A stretch of DNA of 64,000 nt from Epiperipatus broadwayi (Eukaryota; Animalia; Onychophora): the NCBI GenBank assembly GCA_028023455.1, contig JAQFVV010000001.1:2294001-2358000 (forward strand), given 5' to 3'. The notes beneath the pieces were generated by a model. The model saw only the letters and a list, made by a program, of their open reading frames with translations, was not told where the DNA came from and searched no databases. Within the stretch, counting starts at the first letter, position 1. Each line of letters opens with the position of its first letter. The translations under genes and the position numbers were made by a program. Positions 37,538-49,775 of the stretch are shown here, in pieces.

Positions 37538-39949
37538 CATGTATAATGTACAAACGATTAGGATGAGATTTAAATAGATTTCTAATTCGGCCCTACATTA
37601 TCAACATTTACTAAAGAACGTTGGTGACTCTCAAAGAAATGTAATTTTCTGGAATTATTCATGATGATTTAATAAATGCAAAACAGATATAAATTGGGAA
37701 TTATTGTAACTAATACATCAGCCATTTGCGAAGTAGTAGACCCCTGCATTACAATAAATGATGCCATTGAATGCATGTCGATTTATATGGAAGTTAAGTT
37801 ATTTAGGAAAATACATATTAATGAAAATGTGACACGCATTCACTGTTTCAAACGATCATAGATTTAAACTTTGAAAATAGAGACAATTGTGAGCATGCAA
37901 TAATTAGATAATAAATATAGATAAAATGTAGATTTTAAAAATACACACCCAAGATAGAATGAGGTAAGCTAGATTAGTAAAGAAATTTACACATTAAATT
38001 AATTATTCAATTTTAGTTATACAAATGGTAGTTTTACATTTTATAATTTAGATAAGTAGTATGAAGAAGAGCTATAGCATATTATTAGAGTACTCTAGAG
38101 TTTGAACACAGACAGGTACCTGTTTTATAAGAAGTTTTCTGATTCCATTAGTTTAGCAGCAAAAAGTTCACGAGTGGCAATTCTTTCTTGTATTTAGATA
38201 TTCATTTAATTTCATGGCAGCAGCAGCTTTCTCATTCATTTCAGGCAGCAGATCTTCATGGTGAATTTATGATGGGCAATGGAAAGTTCGGCATCTGATA
38301 GGCCATCTCCCGATGGAGAATAATCTAGGTGCTTTACTTGGTCATACCTTGGCAGGAACAAATTATTTTATTATTTTTGGAGACTCTCAGTGATCGAGAG
38401 CAAAGCTAAAGTTTAAGTGAATGTCTCCAGCAAGTCCAAGATGGCCTCTTTTTTTATCTTGATCTTTCACATTTTTGTTAAGGTATTTTTAGGTTCTACT
38501 TAATCTGCCCTGAGGATAATCAATGCATTTTGTTGGTTTTTAATTAAAGAAAGCTGCCGTTCTATTGTTTACATTTTACATTTACTAATTACATTTTGGG
38601 GAATTTTTTTTAATTAATCTATTATCTATCACTGACCGATGCTTTTAAATTTCAAAGACAAAAAGGGAACATAAGATTATTTTAACTTTTAATTAAATAT
38701 TACATCAGATTTTTTTATAATTATTATTAAACGAAATTTAAACAAAGCAATAAATACGAACTTTATAATCCAAAATAAATGATTAAAATTATACAAAATT
38801 ATATAACTAAAAGAAATCTAAATTATATTATTTTATCCCTATTTATTGCATCTAATTTGAGATCGAAATGTGTGCGTGTTTATTGCTGAATTCTACATAT
38901 ATTTATACATTTTTAATATTGCTACACATACAATTCGATACCAAAAAGTTTAAATTTGGGCGGGATAGACCGGTCAGTGAGAGACGACAGAAAAAGGTGA
39001 AACTTAAGATTCGAATACGAATCTTACTGTTTCAATATATATATATATAAGCTATTTTATGTATATTAATCTATTTATGGTATATTAAACTATTATATTC
39101 CATATCTTGTCTCTGTTTACTAAACCAAATTTATTATTGCTGATCAGTAGACCAAAGCCGGGATCCAACACAGTAAATATCCATTATATTTTGTTCTAGA
39201 TACCTCTCGCTTGTAAATCATGTATAATAGCTCATATTGTATTGATTTGCTTTGCTTACAATGTAATACAAACTATTTACTGAATAACAAGTGTGCAACA
39301 CTTATGCATTTTATGTGTGTAGTAATGTAGTTAATAATAATTAAGGGAACACATTTGCATATATGTTTACTGTGTGTTTCATTTATATTCATTCAAAAAA
39401 TAAAAATAATTCTTTATTTTGCCATATTTTTATTTTTAAACTAAAATGAATAGTGAAATGTGATCATTCAGTTAAGTATTCTTTGGACTATATCCTATTT
39501 TCTGTAGACATGTAGTAGTCTCATTATCAGCAGACTATGAGCATTCTAGTTGTTTTAATATTGACTTTAGAAACTGTTTGATTCCTACTTTTTGCCATTA
39601 CTTATTTTAGATTCTCAGTTAAACTCATCAAATCTTAAGCTTTCTGAATAATTTACAATTCTTTTTTTTGCCACTACGAAATTGGTAACTTTCATTTATT
39701 ATTTAACAAATTTTCTTAAATTTTATAAAACTTTTAGCTTTTCAGTTAGAAAATGTATTGTTACTTGTAATACTACATAAAAATTGAGAAAGATAAAAAA
39801 ATCAAAGAATAACATGTTTGTGCCTTCAACTTAACCCAGAGATATATTATTAATAAATTGGATTGTTTATTCACCTTTTTTTGGGATAACACATAATTGA
39901 AGTAGATTATATCTTTGCAGCATATGTCACAATTTCACTGTACAGGTAT

Positions 39950-40850
39950 TATTTTAAATGGGAAAAAGAATTAATTATAAGGACAGTTGGAAATTAGAAC
40001 AGATAAAAAACAAAAAGTAAAATAGAATAGATTAAAAATCTGGCATGTTTCTCATGTAATAAGTATAAAGAGTGTAGAATAATTTTTAAAGGATTCATGA
40101 TACCTGCTTTAATATTTAGAAATAAGACACTTTGTATTGTTTAGAAAACTCAGAAAATTTTAAATAGAATTTGAAAGAAATAAACAGATATACATTAAAT
40201 TGTGATTTATGACCAGCAGATGAAACTTTTCAAGAAAAAAATGAAGTAGGCTTTTTTTTTTTTTAATTAAGTTAAAAACAAGTTAAAAATATTTGATTAG
40301 ATATAATTTATGAATAAAAATAAATTACTAAAAATAGTGTTTAATTGATATGGAGAGAATAATAGACAAAATGGATTAGAAAGACTTAAATAGATAGATA
40401 ATTTATTTCTACATATTATAGAAGTGGAATAAATTTGCACAAAATATATTATAGATATACAATTATGAGGAGTGAAAAACAAGAATAAATAACGTTAGGA
40501 AAAAAAGAAATAGAATTATGGGAATGAATATGAATAAAAAAAAAAGAGTTTAGAGTTATAAAAAATATCTAAAATATGAAATGTTATATAATTCTGGAGG
40601 GAGATTTTTGCTATTTGGTGTTAGGTCAGAAACTTTAAGCATTAAATAAAGGTGGCAAAAATGTGATAAAGTCTAGAATTAAGTTGTGATTTATATGGAA
40701 ATGAAATTTATTGAACATTTATTTTTGAAGTATAAAATACGGAAAGAGATTCACAAAAAGTAAATGAAATAGAGACCTTTTTAATCTAAATTTTTATGAA
40801 AATTTGAATTAGAAAACTGCCTTTATTAAAGTGGAATAGAAGAAAAAGAA
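39950..40850 (+). mobile_element. Old 3' fragment of a LINE related to the 13-17.8 kb element
   Basis: KGFMIPALIF, KLLKIVFN* and FLLFGVRSETL parallel the 13-14 kb element (GVAVAGLTYG, RIAKIVFNW, SLLFKA*TGSL). Confidence 0.55.
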
Positions 40851-43800
40851 ATGCATCAGCACCTGGGAGAAATATTTGATGATTGCAGATTGGATGTGGT
40901 AATAGAAATATAGAAATAGATGCATTTTTAAAATAATATATAATGGATTTTAGACTATGGGAATATTTAATTTACCTGTCTTTTGGCATATATATATAAC
41001 CATTAGAAAACAGTCAACACTTAGACAATACCAATATAGATAATAATCAACAATTTTAAACTGTTGTCAAGGCAACTTTCTTTTAACTATATTTATATGA
41101 ACTTCTTTTATTTAAAACGAAGACATTTTAAATCATATGACATTATCTCACTGTCTTTTGTTAATAATATTAGTTTTCTTGTTACTATTAAAAGAGATTG
41201 ACTGAAGTATTTTACTTATTTCATTATCTGTTCGATTCAGTATTTTTCAGCGTTGTGATATGTGTTTAAAAATATGTTTGAGTATGTGTTAATGTATATA
41301 TATGAATGCAATTCTTGTAAGAATTTGAACAATAATATTTAAAAGCATGCAACTTTTAATAATTTAGCTCCATTTTAAGCCATTTTTTACCACATTATAC
41401 CAAAATATATAAGTCTAGAATCTTTCCAAGGGAAAAATTAATGTAGTATTAGATTAATTTGAAGTGTTGGCAGTATTACTATATAGCAGAATAACATTCT
41501 AGAGGAATCAAATTAGTGTGGTCCATTTAAGATAATGATATATAGATTAACATAATACATTTAAAAAAAAAAAATCAATACAAGAACACATCTCAAATTT
41601 AGTAAATGCCTAATAAGACTGATATTTTATTTTGAAAGGTAAGTTTGAAGTGTCTGGATAAAATATTTGTTGTAATATTTCTTGATAAAATAATTGAATA
41701 ATTGATATGATATTTGAGCACAAGAAATAAGAAATTGAAATTTGATCCATAATCCCTTTAATTCTTGAATTTGACATTCATTCCCTATGATAAACTATAC
41801 AGGGCATTATTCTTGATCATTGTTGATAGCAGAAATCATAGTCATCATTTTAACATAATTTATTTTAGGACTTAAACATAAACTTTATTAGGTTCTGAAT
41901 TTATGGATCAAAATTTTAATAAATTTTTTTGTACATTTTTTTTGCAAAGAAAAAATAACCCTTTTCTCAAAAGAAAGTTTACTATATGTATATATGTATG
42001 TACAAAAACATCAACAGTTGTATGTTTTATAAGAAACAGATAATTAGTATTTATATATAATTTCATCATTTATTGTTGTTAAAAATATATTTTATATGAA
42101 GAAAATCAAAAGAAAGGAAAAGTGATTAGATATATATTTTTTGCTATGCATTTTGTTTGTATGTGCATGATGTACTTATAGTATAGTATGAATTCTAGAA
42201 CTGATACTTGTCATTTATTTATGGTTAGTTGCTCAAGATCAAATGACATTCCATTAATAAGAAACTAGAAGATAGAACATAGCTTTAGAAGGGAGATCTT
42301 GAATTAGAAAACATTTGCTTTCTAGGGATGGTCAAATTTTGATTGAAGCATTCGGAAAGGTTCTATAAATGATGTGGGATGCATTACTTAGAGACTTCAA
42401 CATAAATTGTAACAACAAATCAATGTATATTTTATATTGGATATTTTCACCAGCAATCCAAAAATTTTCATACTTTTTTCTTCTATTAACATTAAGAAAA
42501 GTTTTACATATTATTAATATAAAATTGCAGATATATTTTTTTTACACCTGCAACAATATTCTGCAAGTATATATCGACTTTTTAAAAAAATATATATATT
42601 TTAAGTTCTTAACCAAACTCAAAATGACTTTAATTTTGTACAGTATTTAGTTTTGCACAAATCTAATTTGTTCTCATTGAAAGCTAATAATCTAAACTAG
42701 TCTTTTCAATATTTTGAAAAGAAATATTAAAAGGAACCTATTCTTAATCCAGCACATCTATGAAATCCTTATGCCATTCAATTTTTAATAATTTCTTGGT
42801 ACAAATACAAACAATCTGTAAAATATTGCTTCTGCATGAAAAGTGTTATACTTAGAAAAAGTTTATTTTCGATGGTAACACATTATTTTGCATTTCACTC
42901 TCATTTTCTAATAATCAAAATCCATCAAATCATTTTCCATATCTAATTAATTGGTAATTTTGAGTGTTTAAGTTTTCTTAAAAACCTATAATCTAAATTT
43001 TTGAAAAAATAAATAAATTATAATTTGCTTGGAAAATAAATAAAATATACATCTTATTATTTTTAAACAGCTCTGTTCACTATTAAAATAAATGAAGATA
43101 AATCAAAATGTTATATATTTTTAAATTTTTAGATAAAATTTTAATAGGTAAATAATAATTAAATAAAATCCCCCCCCCCCCCAAATAAAAACCAAATTAT
43201 TGTTATGAATTTGCATAAGGATTACAGAGTGCGCACAGGAAATGAATGAAAAGGGCATTTTAAATTTTAAGTATTGGATCATTTTCATTGAGTTATATAA
43301 AAGTAGTAAATGATAGCTTCTAAGTATATAAATTCAAATCCTACTCCTTACTGAGATAACTGACATTCATATGATTATGTATACATAACACTAAAATCTG
43401 GTATCCATTAACTATATACATTTACAATAAATAATCCTGAAGTTGAATAAATAGAGTGAATATATTGCTCCTATTTCAAATGTTGAAAGTAAGTGGATAA
43501 AGATATATGATGCTTTGTATAGATTATACTATTCTTGCTTGTAGCTGTACTTTGAATAACTAGTTGACTTGCTATTACCTTCTCTAAGTGTTCTTTCTTG
43601 TAAAGAAAGAATACTGTTTGAGTTCACGCAAGATTTTGTAACTATAGTAGTATAATTTTATGTTGTAATTTTTAATATTTTAAATCAAATGTGCTCAAGG
43701 CTAAATTGGGGGAAATACTTAAATTTAAGATTGTTGCCAATATTAAACTTACCAAACTTTGACATCATATTAAAATAATGACCACCATTCTTTAGCTGAC

Positions 43801-44117
43801 TGTAATTACTTTAATACTAAATTCAAGAGCAATGCATGAAATAATCATATTGTAATCTAATATTGTTACACATTCAAACTTTACAGGAAATTATTTTAAG
43901 ATGGATTTGAAATCAGTTATAAATTCTTATGTCTTAAATATTAATTATTTAATTCATTGTATTGTAAATTGAATATGCTATAATTATTAGCTGTAAAGTT
44001 AGAATGTGTAAACATAGTTTGCATCATGATTATTTTATACTTTGAAATTAGTGTGGTTTGGGATTTAGATTTAAAGTTATTAGATTTATGCATTCCATTG
44101 AGATGCAAGCATTGCAT

Positions 44118-44172
44118 TCTCAGCCAGCTGAAGATTGGTGATGTAAGTCAAGAAATGATCATATTGGAGAGA
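44118..44172 (+). ncRNA. Type I hammerhead ribozyme motif (family 3)
   Basis: TCTC-ag-CCAG / CTGAAGA (44128-44134) / TTGG-tgatgtaag-TCAA / GAAA (44152-44155) / palindromic ATGATCAT stem III / A17 / TTGG-a-GAGA. Confidence 0.65.
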
Positions 44173-47100
44173 GCTTATGCTTGGTTATTTCTGTGTGATG
44201 ACAATGCTTAGTAAGTTTAATATTGGCAGTAATCTTAAACTTTGTTTGGGGGATTAATTTATGTTTAATAGTGGTATATTCTGCTAAAAGTTCTGTTTGA
44301 ATATTGTATGTAAATACTATTTTAAAGAATTTCTTAAAGATGGTAGACTTTTATTGATGTAAATGCAATCTTCCCTGACTTTTATTTCATGTGTTACTTT
44401 TATTTCCTGTGTGAAAAATTAATATTTTATTTATTTTAATATAGTTACTAATTAAAAGACAAAATTAAAATTTAATAAAAGATATTTTTTTGTTTGTTTG
44501 TTTTGTGATTTGTTTTTATTTTATTGATTTTTATCATTATAATTACACAAATTAAAATTTATTTAATATTAAAAATAACATTCAAAATTTTTTATTATTA
44601 TTTAAGTTTTAAGCCACTCCTTGATTTATGTTTGGAATTTACCTTGAGGACTTTTAATAAGGGGAGTTAACATAGTGTAGGGTCAGGCCAAATTACCAAA
44701 TGGACCATTGCCTAAACACAATAATAAGAATAAATGGAAGGAAGGAGAATTATTCCACCATAAATGCATTAACAGTTTTATTTTCCCTGTTTTTTATTTT
44801 TATTTTATTTTAATGTATATATATTAAGTCTTTTTATCAGATTAGGCATAGAAAATAATTGTATTGACATAATTACATTAAAAAATATTTACTGACTAGT
44901 GCTCTAATTGAAATGCTTGAGTGATAAAATAGAAATGTTTACTATTACTATTTATATACTTCACATAAATTACTTTTTTAATAATCTAATGGAAAACAGT
45001 ATCACAACATAAAAAATTTGTTATTACTATTTAATACTAAATTATTTTTTTTCTCATTGTGATATTATCTTTAAAAAATTAATATTAATTTACGTGGATT
45101 TTTTCCTAGTGATTTTATTTCAAGAAAATGGGCATAAGTATGAAATTAAGTCTTGCTTAGAAATTTAGATATTATTAGGTTTTTTTTATAACTGAAATGT
45201 TTGACGATTGTTAAACTGAAATACTTGATAGTTGTTATTTCTAATTACATGAAGAATTTTAAAGAAAATGCCCATTGATAACTCTTTATTATGTGTTCTT
45301 GTTTTATATATACTGTTTAATAGATATCATTACTTTAAAATCTGTAATAATAAGTTGACTCAGAGAAAACATTTTATGTTGTTGGAATATGAACTTTTGA
45401 ATATTTAATAGTATTAACTTTTTTTCTTTGATTTCATATAAATAATTTTCTCATACAAAAAGTTTGCAGAGAAAAGTTGTTTATTTATTTTCAAGCTTAG
45501 AATTTTGTGATAAACTAGAATGTATTATAAAATTATTATATTCATCAAATCTGACAGTATGATCGTTTTATAACTTCCATTGCTTTTTATTCTCTTGATT
45601 TTCTACAATCTATTTTTAAATTTTATTTATAGTATTTTTTATTAATACTTTTTTATTTGTTTATTTGCTTAATGTTGTCAGCTTTTTTAGTTTTTTGGCT
45701 TTTTTTGTTTTCAAGTTAAAATAAAAATGGTAATTTCATTTTAGTTTATTTCTGTAAGGTTTAAAAATAGTTAAAATGAATCCTGATATAAAAAGTAGGA
45801 TATGGTATTTTAACATTTGAATAAAGAGAAAAAAGTTCTTTATCATGAAGAAAACTGAATGTCTTCTAAGATTTTATTTATCTTTTTTTAAAATTATTCA
45901 TGTTTTTTTATTGGCTTTTCAGGACTATAGTCAGTAGTTTCTATATGCTTAACACAATGATTCAGGAACTAAAGATTTTTGGTTTGAATCTCAATTTGTT
46001 ATTTCTGGTATTCAAGCGTCACATGATTTTCTAAATAATTACCATTACTATTTGTGATGCCCATTAAAGACATTTTTATTTATAACTTATTTGTAACCCA
46101 TCTTAACAATTAATTATTTATAATTAAAGTAAAGTATGAATAACTCCATATTTTAAATATAATCAATAAGCAAATACAAAAATGATTGTTAATTGGAGAA
46201 ATTGTGAACAGTATTAAATAACAATGACTATAATTGGTATGTTATAATGCTATTAATTTTTAAATGTCTTAATTTCATATTATTTTTTTAATTGAACAGG
46301 AATCTTTTTCCATACTTTTATAAATATATCTTCATTTTTACAAAGATCATATTAGTTTGAATTTAGCTTGCATAGTTCAAATTTTATGTTCCACATTTTG
46401 GATTTAGAGATATCTCATACTTCTTGTAGTCTAAACAGCTTTTTCAAATGACTGCTTTTTTTTTTACTTTTTAAGTCAAATATTATAAAAATTATTGTAA
46501 GTTATGGTAATAATAATAAAAAGCAGCTTTATAATAACTGATTATAAGAAAACAATGAACTGTCAGTTAAACAAAATAATTTCTTTATTTTTGTGATTTT
46601 ATGACTATATATTTTAATTTTTTATACAAACATTTAATAAATATTGTAAATAATGCTTGTAATAAAAAATCAAATTTAAAATATTTATAAACATTAAATA
46701 CTTTTTTTAGGAGCAGTATGAGATATTGCTTTGAATCTGATTTTCCTATATTGTATTGGAACCATTGCAGCTTAAATATCACATGATCAACAAGACAAAA
46801 GTAGATTAAATATATAATTAAATAAAAGCATTATTTTCAGAGTCACATGATAGGGTATATGTACTTGCAATGAAATATGCACAATTAAAAAATAAGTGTG
46901 TAATTTTTATTATGTTCTCAATAGCCATTATTTTTGCCTATGGAAAGGGATTCTCTGCAATGAATATGCATTTAGGTTATGCATTTAATATTGTTTATAT
47001 TTTTCCATTTAAAAAGCCCTTTTGTAATTGCATATAAATTATAATTGTAACTAAATACATTTTAATATAAATTTTAAACAGATCTAAAAAAATTCTAGCA

Positions 47101-49240
47101 AAACTATTGTAAAGCTATACTCTCTAAAGTTGGTCAACTATTACCATGTGATTGAGGTACTCTTTGTTCACAAATAATTGTAGGTCTTTGAGAAAAACTT
47201 AATTATATGAATTTAAAAACATAGAAAATAAATTTACTATCATGATGTAACCAAAATATTCTGTGCATTTTTTATTTTATGATGAATGTTTAATAGGAAA
47301 TCATATTTTTCTAATTTTAAATCATTATTTCTTATTGTGATGTACTCATTATATATAACATATTCATTTGTTTTAAACAAATGTGATTATTTTAACATAA
47401 GTGATTATAAGAAATATGAGATAGATTAAAAGGATCAAAACTTTAAAGAAAAAAGGAAATAATTGACTATTAAGTGTTCATTCATTTTTGCATTATAGTC
47501 TTCTGGAATAATTGAACTTTGATTGATATTTGATAATATCAAACCCAGTTCATCAGAAGAAGAAAATCACAAGTGATTGAAATGATAAAAACTTGAAATA
47601 AGGGTGACATGAATATCCTTATTATATAAACTTAGTATATTTTTAGTCAAATATAACAAATATTATGATTTAAAATGATGATAACTGTAACTAGCAGTAA
47701 AAATGCATGAGAGAATAGTTTAACTATTACACTAACTGTAATAATGATAACAATTAGAATAATAATATTTATAAATAGTTTTTCATTTATTACTTATCAT
47801 AAATCAGTTTTGGAATTAAGATACTAATATCAAAATGACAGTTGAATATAGCAGTTCTTTTTAGTTAAAAGGTTTTCTTTTTCTTTACACTAGAAATTTA
47901 TTCAGGAACCTTTAGCTTTTGAGCTTGCATATTTTACTATTGGACTACTTTCTTATACTGTTATAGATAAAACAGCCTTAAATATTTAATTAGAATATGT
48001 CTCATTAGCATTTCTTCTAAAAGGACCAATGAATGAGAATTATTTACACATAAGGTCATCAATTGGTAGAATGCTCTTTATAATTTGGTTTTTATAATTT
48101 AACATATACATAGGTATTATTTACTTGGATGACTAATTAGATATGTGATAACTCAGCTAACTAAAAAAAAAAAATTCTAAACTTGTTTGGAAAAGAAAAC
48201 TTCATCATATCATCCCAATTTTAAACTGAAAATGAGAATACAGCTAAGATTTTATAGAAACTTCCATTGATTGATAATAAAATATTTATTTGTTCATCAT
48301 TCAGTAATAGTTTACCATTGATTTCCAATAGTTTTTACATGGTCCATAATAAAGCAATAATCTCAGTATATATTTATAAATGATTCATTGTAAAAGTTTA
48401 TATAAAATTTACATGTACATATATATGTAACATTCAACTAAAAATAATTTAATTAAATTTCAAAATTGCTAAATATTTATATATAAATTACTATATTTAA
48501 AAAACATGGTATTTGTAAATTATATATATATGGAGGTGGATAATTTTTTCCTATTAAGTTATTGCTACATGGTGTTTAATAAAATCTGATTAATATGTAT
48601 ACACCTGGGTCTCATTTTATGCAGTAGATATGTTCCTCAGAAAGTGTGCACAAAAAAAATCACTCAAAAATAGACTTACTTTACCTTAAAAAATGGGGGA
48701 TAGGTACTGTAATTTTCAAAAATTGCATAAAAGCAAAGCAACAATGTAAAATTACTTTAAAATTCACATTAAAATCAATAAGGAAATAAAATATGACTAA
48801 TAAAAAATTTCAAATTTGAAAAAAATTGATAAAAGACAAACTTTTTTTATTAACTACATTATTTAATTTTATTCAAAACAATATATTTTAATGCATAATT
48901 TACATTTTTTCATACATATACAGTATTTTAATCATTATCGCTATTTGACGATATGCAGTTTCGTTTGTGAACTAGTAAGACATCAGATTCATCACAAGAG
49001 GAAATATAACTAGCACCAACTTCATTTTTTTGAATTGCTCTTATAGTAGATTCACCCAAACTAAAATGTTTTCCAATTTCTGTTGATCCTTCCCATTTCA
49101 CTAAGTGATCTAAAATTGAAATTTTTGTTTCCAAAGAAATTCATTTTCTTGGGTGTTTTTTCCTCTCCATTAGGGTAAACTAAACGTTTAAAATAAAAAT
49201 AAGAACTTAGCCTTATGATAATAAAAAGACATCTACTCAC

Positions 49241-49455
49241 CACTGTTGGGCAAAATTTAATTAAAACTAATAATTAAAAATTAAATTTTTATTTTTGTCT
49301 TTAATTTTTTAATTTTCAATTCCATTTAAAAATCACATTTTGTTGTTTCACATTACATTAATTTCAGATCACATTACTTAATTTTTAAATTGTTAATTAC
49401 AATTAAAAATCAGATTTTAATTTTTAATTGTCAAATTTAATTGTGCCCACCACTG
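49241..49455. mobile_element. hAT-type MITE nested in the Tigger element
   Basis: TIRs CACTGTTGGGCAAAATTTAATT / CAGTGGTGGGCACAATTAAATT (18/22), with a degraded 8-bp TSD CTACTCAC / TTACTCAT. Confidence 0.75.
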
Positions 49456-49482
49456 TTACTCATCTTTTAAAATTAAACTTTG

Positions 49483-49775
49483 GGACACTAAATGATTAAT
49501 TGATTACATACACTTTTTTAAAAAAGCAAAAATAGAATGTGATTTAAAATGCAAAAACAACAACATGCATTGTATATGCATCTATAACATTTGAACAGAT
49601 TTACATTATAATCTTGTAAAATTTATTAGTTGTGGACACTAAATGATTAATTGATTATGTATTCTTTTTTTAAAAAGCAAAAATAGAATGTGATTTAAAA
49701 TGCAAAAACAACAACATGCATAGTATAGGCATCTATAACATTTGAACAGATTTACATTATAATCTTGTAAAATTT
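49483..49775. repeat. Tandem duplication, period 151 bp
   Basis: GGACACTAAATGATTAATTGATTA...ATCTTGTAAAATTT occurs at 49483 and 49634 and is nearly identical. Confidence 0.95.

Noticed and set aside
37309-37566. 85-codon stop-free frame with an overlapping antisense open frame
   Set aside because: It has no suitable start, crosses the putative LTR end, resembles no family I recognise, and is expected by chance in GC-richer DNA.
39135-39170. TGCTGATCAGTAG match to 7SL RNA
   Set aside because: Only ~13 nt match and the rest of the SRP RNA is absent.
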